The notes under the pieces were generated by a model. It did not search any database and was not told the DNA's origin. It saw nothing but the letters and a program-made list of their open reading frames with translations. Positions 8,007 through 15,712 of a stretch of 30,201 nt of DNA are shown here, in pieces; the stretch's first letter is position 1; each line of letters starts with the position of its first letter. Made by a program: the position numbers and the translations under genes. Where the stretch lies: the IMG/VR virus record IMGVR_UViG_3300027804_000166, positions 1-30,201 of that record; one strand, 5' to 3'. The DNA comes from a virus. Lineage: Duplodnaviria > Caudoviricetes.

Positions 8007-8170
8007 TGACCAGAGAACCTGATCTTGAAACCGTCAATCGCGCATTGGGCGAGACGGTGAGGAAATTGCAGCAAGACTTGGCCGATGCTGACAGAAGAAT
8101 CCGGCGGCTTCGAGAGGAGTTGGCAGAGGCGCATAGAGCAGCAGCACTAGCATCTGGGAGGGATTGGTGA
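8006..8170 (+). CDS. Small coiled-coil hypothetical protein
   Basis: TAATG coupling and GAGGAGG RBS; heptad pattern VRKLQQDLADADRRIRRLREEL. Confidence 0.7.
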   Translation: MTREPDLETVNRALGETVRKLQQDLADADRRIRRLREELAEAHRAAALASGRDW

Positions 8171-8412
8171 GTGAAGGAATGGATGATGATCAATTTGCCC
8201 ACATGCTCAAGCTCTCAATTGTTTATATCTCAGTGCTCAAGAGCCGATGTCTGTTTGATGATCTGCGAAAGATGGACAGTTCAGAAGAACACAACGCCTT
8301 GAACTGTCTGGAGATCGTGGCTGACACCTTCGTGGAGATGCAACGCAGACTGAGCGCGAAACCGAAGTTTAGGGTCAAAGCCCGCGCCGCACTCTCAGGA
8401 GACAAGCAATGA
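8167..8412 (+). CDS. Hypothetical protein
   Basis: GTGA overlap with the previous gene (alternative start ATG 8179) and ATGA overlap with the next. Confidence 0.6.
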   Translation: MSEGMDDDQFAHMLKLSIVYISVLKSRCLFDDLRKMDSSEEHNALNCLEIVADTFVEMQRRLSAKPKFRVKARAALSGDKQ

Positions 8413-8594
8413 TCAAGGCTGAGCAAATACCAGACGAGGTGGTGGAGGCTTTTGTAGATGTCTACTACACCAAAGATATGACCCGCAAAGCCGCCATCGC
8501 CGCCGCTCTCAATGCGTGGCCGGGGGCTTGGCATGTTGATGCCGCTGACTTCGAGGAGAAGCTAATCCTCCCGCTGACACAGGAGAAGCCATGA
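8409..8594 (+). CDS. Hypothetical protein (61 aa)
   Basis: AGGAG RBS and ATGA overlaps on both sides. Confidence 0.65.
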   Translation: MIKAEQIPDEVVEAFVDVYYTKDMTRKAAIAAALNAWPGAWHVDAADFEEKLILPLTQEKP

Positions 8595-8827
8595 GGCGGT
8601 TTCGCCACATGCCTATCCCGCAGCACGCGCACCCGCTGGTGCGCCGTCTGTACGCGGAGATGAACAGCCAGCGGATCGGCGTCACCGACATGGCCGAGCG
8701 GACGGGCATCGCACGGAACACGTTCAAGGGCTGGCGAACGCGGCACTGCCCGCGCGTCGCGGAACTGGAGGCATGCTATAACGTCCTTGGAATGAAACTG
8801 ACGGTAAAGGTGGTGAGAGATGACTGA
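8591..8827 (+). CDS. XRE-family HTH protein
   Basis: IGVTDMAERTGIARNTFKGWR...P....LEAC.NVLG pattern; AGGAG RBS. Confidence 0.8.
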   Translation: MRRFRHMPIPQHAHPLVRRLYAEMNSQRIGVTDMAERTGIARNTFKGWRTRHCPRVAELEACYNVLGMKLTVKVVRDD

Positions 8828-9101
8828 CATCCTAGACGAACGCGAGAAGACCCACGGCGACTATTACCGTGTCGCCATGATGGCGCAATCGATCAAAGAA
8901 GCAATGTGCGTTGGCGACAACTGGGAAGAACTCGACCATCTGCAACGCGAGTCTCTAGAGATGATCGCCAGCAAGATTGGCCGCATCCTGTCAGGCAACC
9001 CGCACGAGGTCGATCACTGGCGGGACATCGCTGGCTACGCCACGCTGATCGAGCGGTGGCTTACACCACCGGCTGACCTCGAAACCAAGCTTGACCGTTG
9101 A
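8820..9101 (+). CDS. DUF6378-like phage protein
   Basis: ILDEREKTHGD...KIGRI..G.....DHWRDIAGYA signature. Confidence 0.75.
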   Translation: MTDILDEREKTHGDYYRVAMMAQSIKEAMCVGDNWEELDHLQRESLEMIASKIGRILSGNPHEVDHWRDIAGYATLIERWLTPPADLETKLDR

Positions 9102-10017
9102 TGACGCGGCAGAACTCTGGCTCCAGCAACATGCCACTAGGTGCGAAATGCAATACAGTAAAGCCCTGTGACCAGTTCACGGGGTTATCCTCCGCATAGG
9201 CAAACTTGTCGTTATCAGGTCCGTAATCCGAAAGCGTTCCGCATTCGACGCCCCAGCGAAGGCCATTGTAATCCGCAAACATGGTAGCCTGGAGCCGATG
9301 CGTGTGGCCGGTCACAATAGACTTGCCGCTCTTCAATGTGTTGTTATAGGCCCCATGCACGCCTTGGTGAATGCGATGCTTTACAACCGTATGCTCGTTC
9401 AGCCATAGGCTTGTGCAGAACTGCCACGCAGGAAAGTGGTCTGCGATGTCGAATCCTTGCACCTGTACATATTCCGGCGCTGCTTGAGCCAGCCTCGCCA
9501 TGAAGCGATTGTCGTGATTGCCATCGGTCCACATGAGATAGCAGCCGGGAGGTGCATAAGCCTCAATCTCTGCATGACGTTCCTTGACGGCTTCTAGTTC
9601 TTCAGCCACGCTTGGCGTCTGGACACGCGCGCCTGGCGGATGACGGCTGATCTTCGCACCGTCGAAACTGTCGCCGTTCATGATGACCATCGACGGTTGC
9701 AAGTCCTTGATGATTTCAATCATGGCCGCAAACGCCTTGCTGCGCTCGCCCGGCCAGAAATGTCCGTCGCTGCCGATGATGACGGGGCCGACAACATTCT
9801 CTTTTAGCGCGCGAAAACCTTTTGTCGGCACCTCGATCTTGACCCGCTGGGCGGGCTGCGAGATCGTGTTCAGAATGATTCCATGCTTGCGCTCAAGGCT
9901 ATCCCGTCGAGCGTTAACGCCGCGCAAGTTGAGGCCCAATTCTTTGGATACGGCAGACGGTGATCCAAGACGCTTCCATGCGTCAATGAATTCTTGATCG
10001 GAGTATTTCTGGACCAT
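9061..10017 (-). CDS. Calcineurin-like metallophosphoesterase with N-terminal HTH-like segment
   Basis: All five motifs present: SDGH, GDSFD, GNHD, H, GHTH. N-terminus GSPSAVSKELGLNLRGV is HTH-like. Confidence 0.85.
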   Translation of the reverse strand: MVQKYSDQEFIDAWKRLGSPSAVSKELGLNLRGVNARRDSLERKHGIILNTISQPAQRVKIEVPTKGFRALKENVVGPVIIGSDGHFWPGERSKAFAAMIEIIKDLQPSMVIMNGDSFDGAKISRHPPGARVQTPSVAEELEAVKERHAEIEAYAPPGCYLMWTDGNHDNRFMARLAQAAPEYVQVQGFDIADHFPAWQFCTSLWLNEHTVVKHRIHQGVHGAYNNTLKSGKSIVTGHTHRLQATMFADYNGLRWGVECGTLSDYGPDNDKFAYAEDNPVNWSQGFTVLHFAPSGMLLEPEFCRVINGQAWFRGQPVV

Positions 10018-10020
10018 TTG

Positions 10021-10269
10021 CTACTCCTGCGCGCGGCGGAAGTTGAGCCGCCAGATCACATCTGCAACTTGCTTGCCGAGATTGTCGATCTGCTTTTCTT
10101 CTGCTTCTGGAAAGACAAGATGCGCCACTTCGTGAGCGGCAATCTCCAAGAGCAGCTTCGGCTTCTGGAGAAGACGCGGGTCTAGCTGGATATGATCTTC
10201 GCCAATATAGGCCCAGCCCCAAGCACGCTCACAGGTCTTCCATTCGATGGTGATCTTGCGGCGTGCCAT
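10021..10269 (-). CDS. Minimal HEXXH zinc metalloprotease-like protein (82 aa)
   Basis: MARRKITIEW...WGWA...IQLDP...AAHEVAH...E; GAGG RBS before ATG 10269. Confidence 0.7.
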   Translation of the reverse strand: MARRKITIEWKTCERAWGWAYIGEDHIQLDPRLLQKPKLLLEIAAHEVAHLVFPEAEEKQIDNLGKQVADVIWRLNFRRAQE

Positions 10270-10273
10270 AGTG

Positions 10274-10504
10274 TTACCTCTTGCATCGCTTCCGGCGGTG
10301 ATCCCATTCGCCGCCACGGCGGATGCAGTCACGCCATTCTTTTTCTTTCTCGGGCGGCATTCGTTTCATTAGGAACGGCAACGATGCCTTGAACATAACA
10401 ACGCCAAGGCCGAACCAAAAGGATGGCCTTTGAGCGACGAGAAAGCCGCCAGCGCCAATGCCGATGAACAGCACGACGATGGCGGCAATCTCGATCCAGT
10501 TCAC
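10274..10504 (-). CDS. Lysis-cassette membrane protein with C-terminal C-x3-GG-x-W-x6-C motif
   Basis: Two hydrophobic segments and a basic Cys-pair tail; GTGA overlap with the holin. Confidence 0.65.
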   Translation of the reverse strand: MNWIEIAAIVVLFIGIGAGGFLVAQRPSFWFGLGVVMFKASLPFLMKRMPPEKEKEWRDCIRRGGEWDHRRKRCKR

Positions 10505-10662
10505 TTCTTGGCCCAGATAGACCAGCCAGCGGCGAAAATGACGCCGAGCGCACCGATGATCTCGTTCATGGCGGTGGCGTCAATAACTCCGGTTCCGACA
10601 ACATAGCCGCCACCAGCCGCGAGAACGGCGCGAACAACGCCCCAGACCATTTCTTTTGTCAT
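10501..10662 (-). CDS. Putative holin (53 aa, 2 TM; Pam3-gp28-like)
   Basis: Hand translation MTKEMVWGVVRAVLAAGGGYVVGTGVIDATAMNEIIGALGVIFAAGWSIWAKK; TGATG-coupled to the endolysin; below the ORF-track length cut-off. Confidence 0.75.
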   Translation of the reverse strand: MTKEMVWGVVRAVLAAGGGYVVGTGVIDATAMNEIIGALGVIFAAGWSIWAKK

Positions 10663-11084
10663 CACTTACTTCCTTTTGTTGTGCCGGGATACTGCTTCCA
10701 CGGCAGTTGAAAATGTGGCCCGTCCTTGAACGAAACCCAGTCACCGCCCCACTCTAGCAACACGTTCTCAGCCTTTGCCGCTGCCTTCATTCGCTTGGCA
10801 AGGCTATCGTATAAAGGCCAGTCCCAGCGCACCTGGCCTTTGATCGTGCAAGCCAAATCAACAGCGTGTGAAAAACCATTTGCCGCAGGAATATGGCGAG
10901 ACCGTAACGTCTTGGATGCGCGCTTGGCCTTGAGGATTTTTTGCTCCTCAAGAGTGCGAACGCCGCAGGTGACTATGAAGCCTGTGTCGGCATCCTTCCA
11001 ATCACCAGCGCATCGATTTACCACACGCACCAGATCGGGATGAACGCCTTTCAGTTTGACAAAGGACACGCTGTTCAATTTCAT
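10662..11084 (-). CDS. Endolysin, M15-family L-Ala-D-Glu peptidase
   Basis: LKGVHPDL, RTLEEQ, SRH...AVD and WGGDW..FKDGPHFQL zinc-peptidase motifs. Confidence 0.92.
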   Translation of the reverse strand: MKLNSVSFVKLKGVHPDLVRVVNRCAGDWKDADTGFIVTCGVRTLEEQKILKAKRASKTLRSRHIPAANGFSHAVDLACTIKGQVRWDWPLYDSLAKRMKAAAKAENVLLEWGGDWVSFKDGPHFQLPWKQYPGTTKGSK

Positions 11085-11323
11085 TTCCTCAAGGCCTCCT
11101 CGATGCTGTCGAGCTTCGCCATGATGGCGCGGCTTGTCTCACGAATCTCCTTGATCTCTCGATCATGCGCTGTACGAGATGTTTCGGTCTGCGCTTGCAG
11201 AACTGCGATGGCTGTCTCGTGCGCCTGTTGCTGGCGGTAGATAACCCAGACAAACGCGGCCACTGGCGCGATGATCCATTGCATGATGGCCCCGAGCACC
11301 TTGAAGGTCTGATCGTCAATCAT
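11081..11323 (-). CDS. Lysis-associated membrane protein (N-terminal TM plus coiled coil)
   Basis: MIDDQTFKVLGAIMQWIIAPVAAFVWVIY followed by heptad repeats; ATGA-coupled to the endolysin. Confidence 0.7.
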   Translation of the reverse strand: MIDDQTFKVLGAIMQWIIAPVAAFVWVIYRQQQAHETAIAVLQAQTETSRTAHDREIKEIRETSRAIMAKLDSIEEALRK

Positions 11324-11333
11324 GGAACACCAT

Positions 11334-11543
11334 TCATATCTTGACTGCGTATTGGTTGAGCATGAAGTCAATCGCCAAGCCGCTGTCTCCAAATAAAAGC
11401 ATCTCGGTAGGAGGCAGTGGTTGCCGCGCAATGCTGACCGTTCCGCTTCCAATGATAAGCGAAAGCGATTGCGTAGGTTGCTCTTGGTTCATGTCCAGGC
11501 TGATGGTCTGAGCCGGATTGTTGACGATTAGCGAAACAGTCAT
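11334..11543 (-). CDS. Small putative virion protein (69 aa)
   Basis: ATGA-coupled to the upstream tail gene; beta-rich; ends LLFGDSGLAIDFMLNQYAVKI. Confidence 0.6.
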   Translation of the reverse strand: MTVSLIVNNPAQTISLDMNQEQPTQSLSLIIGSGTVSIARQPLPPTEMLLFGDSGLAIDFMLNQYAVKI

Positions 11544-11881
11544 GTCGTGATGTCCTCGCGCACATCAATCTTGAATGTTTCGGTGCTTTCAACGCCACCA
11601 CTTGTGAACTGTATGTCGCAATACATGATACTGTCGTTGTCTTCGTCAGACACCGGCCACAATGCGGTGTTCGCTGCCGTCTGCGAGAGCGTGAAGCTAC
11701 CAGTTGCAGGTGCGCTAATCGTCACCGTCAAGGATTGCGAAAAGCCGCCGTTCCGCACCATTGCCGCAACCGTGTAACCGATAAGGCTAAACGATGCCGG
11801 AACTGCGGTGAGACGTTGGCATGACAACGAAAGAGTATCGCCGCGCTTGAATGTGATCGTTTTGGTGATTGGCGTTGCCAT
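11540..11881 (-). CDS. Tail fibre adaptor/collar-like protein (BppU/LtfC-like Ig fold)
   Basis: KRGDT...G.F.L...T..WP...DIQ...TETF.I.V..DIT pattern typical of tail-tip adaptors. Confidence 0.6.
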   Translation of the reverse strand: MATPITKTITFKRGDTLSLSCQRLTAVPASFSLIGYTVAAMVRNGGFSQSLTVTISAPATGSFTLSQTAANTALWPVSDEDNDSIMYCDIQFTSGGVESTETFKIDVREDITT

Positions 11882-11893
11882 TGCTTTATTCCT

Positions 11894-12520
11894 TTATGGC
11901 AGTGAAGCATATTCGCGGCGGCGGAACATCCAGACTTTTCCGGCAGCTATGCTGTCGCCAGTGAACGATATGCGAGCGCGCAATATTTTCTGTGCTGGCG
12001 TGTCATACATGGCTGAATCTACGTCAATCTGACCGCTAAATGCGCCATTCCTGTAGGTCATTGTCATGACAAAATGAGAAGTACTCTCAAGTCTTGGGAA
12101 ATAAAATTCTGCATGATATCCAAAGTCTTGAGTATTGGTTCCCTGCTCTGACTGTCTGACCAATCGATATGCTGCATCTGTTTGCTTGAATGCTTCCAAC
12201 TGAAGCCGACGGTCAGTTCCGATTAAAGCAGCGTTATGCCTTAATCCCAAAGCCAAAACGCGGTATTCGTAGCCATCTACGAAATCAGGCGTCACAACAC
12301 TAGGGACTGTTCCAGTCACTGCGTGATCATAGATCAACCCAGTCTTGCCATCGCCAATCGTCACCTTGTCGTAGGGATGCCAGCCAGAAACCATGACAGG
12401 CGCACCAGAAGATGCTTCTGCAATAGCCGAAGGATTGTCGCGCAATGCTGTCACGGTAGTGCTAGACGGAATACCGCCGACAGCAACCGCTGCGTTTGAG
12501 ATGCTGGTCCATGTCGTCAT
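11894..12520 (-). CDS. Tail tip/fibre protein
   Basis: MTTWTSISN...ALRDNPSAIAE.SSGAP N-terminus; TGATG-coupled to the hub gene; AT-richer C-terminal half. Confidence 0.65.
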   Translation of the reverse strand: MTTWTSISNAAVAVGGIPSSTTVTALRDNPSAIAEASSGAPVMVSGWHPYDKVTIGDGKTGLIYDHAVTGTVPSVVTPDFVDGYEYRVLALGLRHNAALIGTDRRLQLEAFKQTDAAYRLVRQSEQGTNTQDFGYHAEFYFPRLESTSHFVMTMTYRNGAFSGQIDVDSAMYDTPAQKILRARISFTGDSIAAGKVWMFRRREYASLP

Positions 12521-14319
12521 CAAAGCCACCTATACGGTTGAGGAGTCCCGCTCAAATCATTACCACTATCATCGAGCCAACGCCACGGCTGGGCAACGCC
12601 ATTGCCGTCAAGCCCCGCATCGGTCAGCCAAGACCAAATCACGCCGCCCTTCTCGTTATCTTCCGCCGTGAAGCGATATGTCAGGCCGTTGCGGGCTACC
12701 TCTGCCGAGGTGATAAGCCATTCGCCATCGCGCGGCGCACCTGTGAAATCGACATCTAGATAATGCCGTATCTGCACAACCGATCCGGTCCAGATATTCG
12801 CGGCATCCTTGGCCGATAGATCGAAGGTGATTTCCTTGCGGACATCCGAGAAGCGGTCAAGATAGGTCTGGGCGAGGGAGTTGGCGATTGCCTGTGTGCT
12901 AATGAACCGGCAGAACAGTTCTCTAATCTGCGGCTCGCCGCCATACTGCACTTGCTTGAGAACATCGATAAAGACAGAGACGCGGGAATAGTTGCTCTTC
13001 TCTGTCACGCTGGGGATCGGCGTGCGTTGCAAATAGTAAACATGCGTCTGAGATGCGCGCTCTTCCGGCTTCTCTTCGATTGAGAAGCTGCCAGCAATGA
13101 TCGCATCGTCGTCAGACAAAATGATAGGAGACGGCTGCGGCCTCACAGGCTCCATGAGAATCTTCTGGACTCGCTCGTCCCACCACAGGTTGGAGACTGC
13201 TTGGAGGCATACCTCGGCTAGGAGTTCTTCGATCTTGTCAGGATCGGTGATCCAAGCTGTGAAATTGTAGTCTGGCCGATAGGTGGTCTTTGCAGTCGCC
13301 CAATCCGCGAAGTTGATGTATTTCGCAGGGATGCCGCCCCAGTTGACAAGAAGGTCATAGAGGATTTCATGGAATGGCGTGGCGTTGTAATAGATCACAC
13401 GCTGCACGCGGTCGTTCTGACTTTGAGCCGCTGCCGTTGTTCCTGCCAGGCCTCGTGTCAGTCCGTCGAAATAGATGTTGCCGCCGGTTGTTTCATAACG
13501 CTGGGCATATTGGATCACCTCGCTATTGATCCTGACATAACCAGTTTCAGGATAGTCGCTCAATGTTGCGCCAGCCACGGTCATGGCCGTTGCTACGTTC
13601 GTGATGTTCGAGGCCAGTTCGCCACGGCTCAGATATGGTGCCGTCAGGTTGGTGTCGGTGATCTTTCTCAGGATGTCCTTAGCCGTGATCGAAACGCCAT
13701 TGCGACCTGCGTCGATCTTCTCGATCACATACTCCCGCTGCGTCATGACCGAAAGCGGTTCGCCTATCAGCCCTTCGTAGATATTGAGCGTGTATCCGAT
13801 GTGGTACGGATTGCGGGCAAGCCACTTGCTCCAGAAGCTGCCGATCTGGTCTGGATCATAAGCCCTCGTGGAGACGTAAGGATCGGTGCCTACGTCATTC
13901 CAAGGAAAGTCCTTAATACGGACACTGCTAACGGCGCGATAGCCCAGCGGGCTTTTATTGCGCGATCCTGATGCCACGTTGAGGACGGTAGGAGCCGTCT
14001 GATAGTTCTGCATTGCCGGGATGGCGAGTGCGGGCTGGTAGATGTAATCGATCAGGAACGGATCGCCCGCTTCCGTGGTGAGCGTGTTGCCATTCTCGGT
14101 CAGCAGATTGGTGTTGTTATCTTGCCACTCGTATACATCATCGTTTACGAACCGAAGCGTCAATGACTTGCTTAGATCGAGAGCGGATAAGAACTTGCAT
14201 GTCTTGTCTGTGTTCCAACAGGCATCGCCAGTCGCATTGCAAGGCGAGACACCGAACGTGCGTGAGCAGAGCGGCTGGATGATCTCGACAATCTCGACGG
14301 GACGCGCTGCAAAAGTCAT
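12520..14319 (-). CDS. Central tail tip/baseplate hub protein (599 aa)
   Basis: Position downstream of TMP and Dit; N-terminal Cys cluster (C..TFG..PC.A....CWNT..TC); RINSEVI..Y...TRG..GT.AAA segment. Confidence 0.7.
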   Translation of the reverse strand: MTFAARPVEIVEIIQPLCSRTFGVSPCNATGDACWNTDKTCKFLSALDLSKSLTLRFVNDDVYEWQDNNTNLLTENGNTLTTEAGDPFLIDYIYQPALAIPAMQNYQTAPTVLNVASGSRNKSPLGYRAVSSVRIKDFPWNDVGTDPYVSTRAYDPDQIGSFWSKWLARNPYHIGYTLNIYEGLIGEPLSVMTQREYVIEKIDAGRNGVSITAKDILRKITDTNLTAPYLSRGELASNITNVATAMTVAGATLSDYPETGYVRINSEVIQYAQRYETTGGNIYFDGLTRGLAGTTAAAQSQNDRVQRVIYYNATPFHEILYDLLVNWGGIPAKYINFADWATAKTTYRPDYNFTAWITDPDKIEELLAEVCLQAVSNLWWDERVQKILMEPVRPQPSPIILSDDDAIIAGSFSIEEKPEERASQTHVYYLQRTPIPSVTEKSNYSRVSVFIDVLKQVQYGGEPQIRELFCRFISTQAIANSLAQTYLDRFSDVRKEITFDLSAKDAANIWTGSVVQIRHYLDVDFTGAPRDGEWLITSAEVARNGLTYRFTAEDNEKGGVIWSWLTDAGLDGNGVAQPWRWLDDSGNDLSGTPQPYRWL

Positions 14320-15101
14320 CAGTAATATCCCGTGACGCCGAGGCTGACAGAGCGATAAGCCTTGATGCCCATATTCACTGGTTCAACGTCTCGGTCGGTC
14401 CAGACGAAGCCGACATCGGTTGTGATCTTGGATGGATTGCCAGCGATGCAGAACGGCTGCAATGGCAGCGTCTTGGCGAACGGCTCGAAGTAGGTATCGT
14501 ACCAAGCCGTTGTCAGATATTCCCAATCGTAAGATGTGGTGACGGCACGCCTTTTGATGATGCGCCCAAGCCATTGGCCGGTCTCGGAGAACTGTTGCTG
14601 TGCTTCGGTGACGCGGTTGAGGTTGAGCGGCCTATGCCCTCCGTAGATCGGGATTGGCATTTGCAATGCAGCGCCCGCTCGGATGATGCCGATTGCAATG
14701 TCCGTGCCATCGTTCACGTTCACCCGCACTTCACGGACGGTGTAGAGCACCCCAGCGTTATTGAAGAACACCGCGATGGTCGAATTGTCGGTTGGCGATA
14801 TTGTTGCACGAGTGGTGTGACCACCGCCGACTGTTGCTGCCGTGGAAATCGTGACTGTCTTGCCAGATAGGTTATGCGCTGCGATAAAGACGCAATCGAT
14901 AGATACGTCTGCCGCTGCCACAAGCGTCCAGTTGTTTGAGCCTGGCGCAAGTTCCCACCGCTGCGATGTGTAGTCATTGGCAGCATAAGCCGGATTGGTT
15001 CCATCTCCAGAGACAGTGCCGGTCATCATGTCCCACAAGATGCGGGCATGGTTTAGCGGCTCATTCGTGGAGACGGTATAGTTGCTCGTGGAGATGGTCA
15101 T
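14319..15101 (-). CDS. Distal tail protein-like
   Basis: TAATG coupling; IAAHNL beta-sandwich followed by SETGQWLGR...PF; position in the tail module. Confidence 0.6.
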   Translation of the reverse strand: MTISTSNYTVSTNEPLNHARILWDMMTGTVSGDGTNPAYAANDYTSQRWELAPGSNNWTLVAAADVSIDCVFIAAHNLSGKTVTISTAATVGGGHTTRATISPTDNSTIAVFFNNAGVLYTVREVRVNVNDGTDIAIGIIRAGAALQMPIPIYGGHRPLNLNRVTEAQQQFSETGQWLGRIIKRRAVTTSYDWEYLTTAWYDTYFEPFAKTLPLQPFCIAGNPSKITTDVGFVWTDRDVEPVNMGIKAYRSVSLGVTGYY

Positions 15102-15712
15102 TATGGAATTGTTCCTGCGGCCACTATGATCCACGTTGAGCCATCACAAACAAGTTCCGCCCATGCGCCACCACCTGCAACAACCGGGAGTATAGCCGAT
15201 GTGGCACCGCCACCCTTCTGCGTCACATTTCCTGATGCAGATATTACCGCTTGATTGGTACGTGTCATCACCTTCAGAATGCGCCCTGAACTTGTAGCAA
15301 CAGCAGGAAGCGTGATTGTATTAGTAGAAGCACGATTAGAGATGATGAATGTTACACCAGCCGCGACCGTGTAGTCTGTCGTGACAGTCACTGGAGCAGT
15401 AAGGGCAAACGATCCGTTCACCTGTAGCTTCGCAGTCGGCGTTGCCGTGCCGATGCCTACGCGATCCGTGGATGCGTCCACGAAGACAAGGTTGGCGTCT
15501 GTGTCGCCCTCGATGCGTTGGTCTACGTCAGCGCCAGCATCGTTGAAGACGTTGGCCCCTGCGAATGATGCAGCCGGGACATTCTGAAACAACTCCGCGC
15601 GCGTCTGCTTCTTGGTCTCTGGGACACTTGTGTCCACCACCACATAAAGGTCATCGGTGGCCGTGTTGGCCCCGGTCAGTGATGATAGTGCGCTGATCTT
15701 GATGTCTGCCAT
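15101..15712 (-). CDS. Short tail fibre/spike with MADxKIS N-terminal adaptor
   Basis: MADIKISAL...VVD...ETKK adaptor, fibre repeat DRVGIGTATPTAKLQVNG, C-terminal ITLP...GR...DGSTW.IV domain. Confidence 0.7.
   Translation of the reverse strand: MADIKISALSSLTGANTATDDLYVVVDTSVPETKKQTRAELFQNVPAASFAGANVFNDAGADVDQRIEGDTDANLVFVDASTDRVGIGTATPTAKLQVNGSFALTAPVTVTTDYTVAAGVTFIISNRASTNTITLPAVATSSGRILKVMTRTNQAVISASGNVTQKGGGATSAILPVVAGGGAWAELVCDGSTWIIVAAGTIP

Noticed and set aside
10941-11319. Embedded o-spanin in alternative frames of the lysis genes
   Set aside because: No signal peptide or lipobox in ORFs 11089-11319 or 10941-11240.
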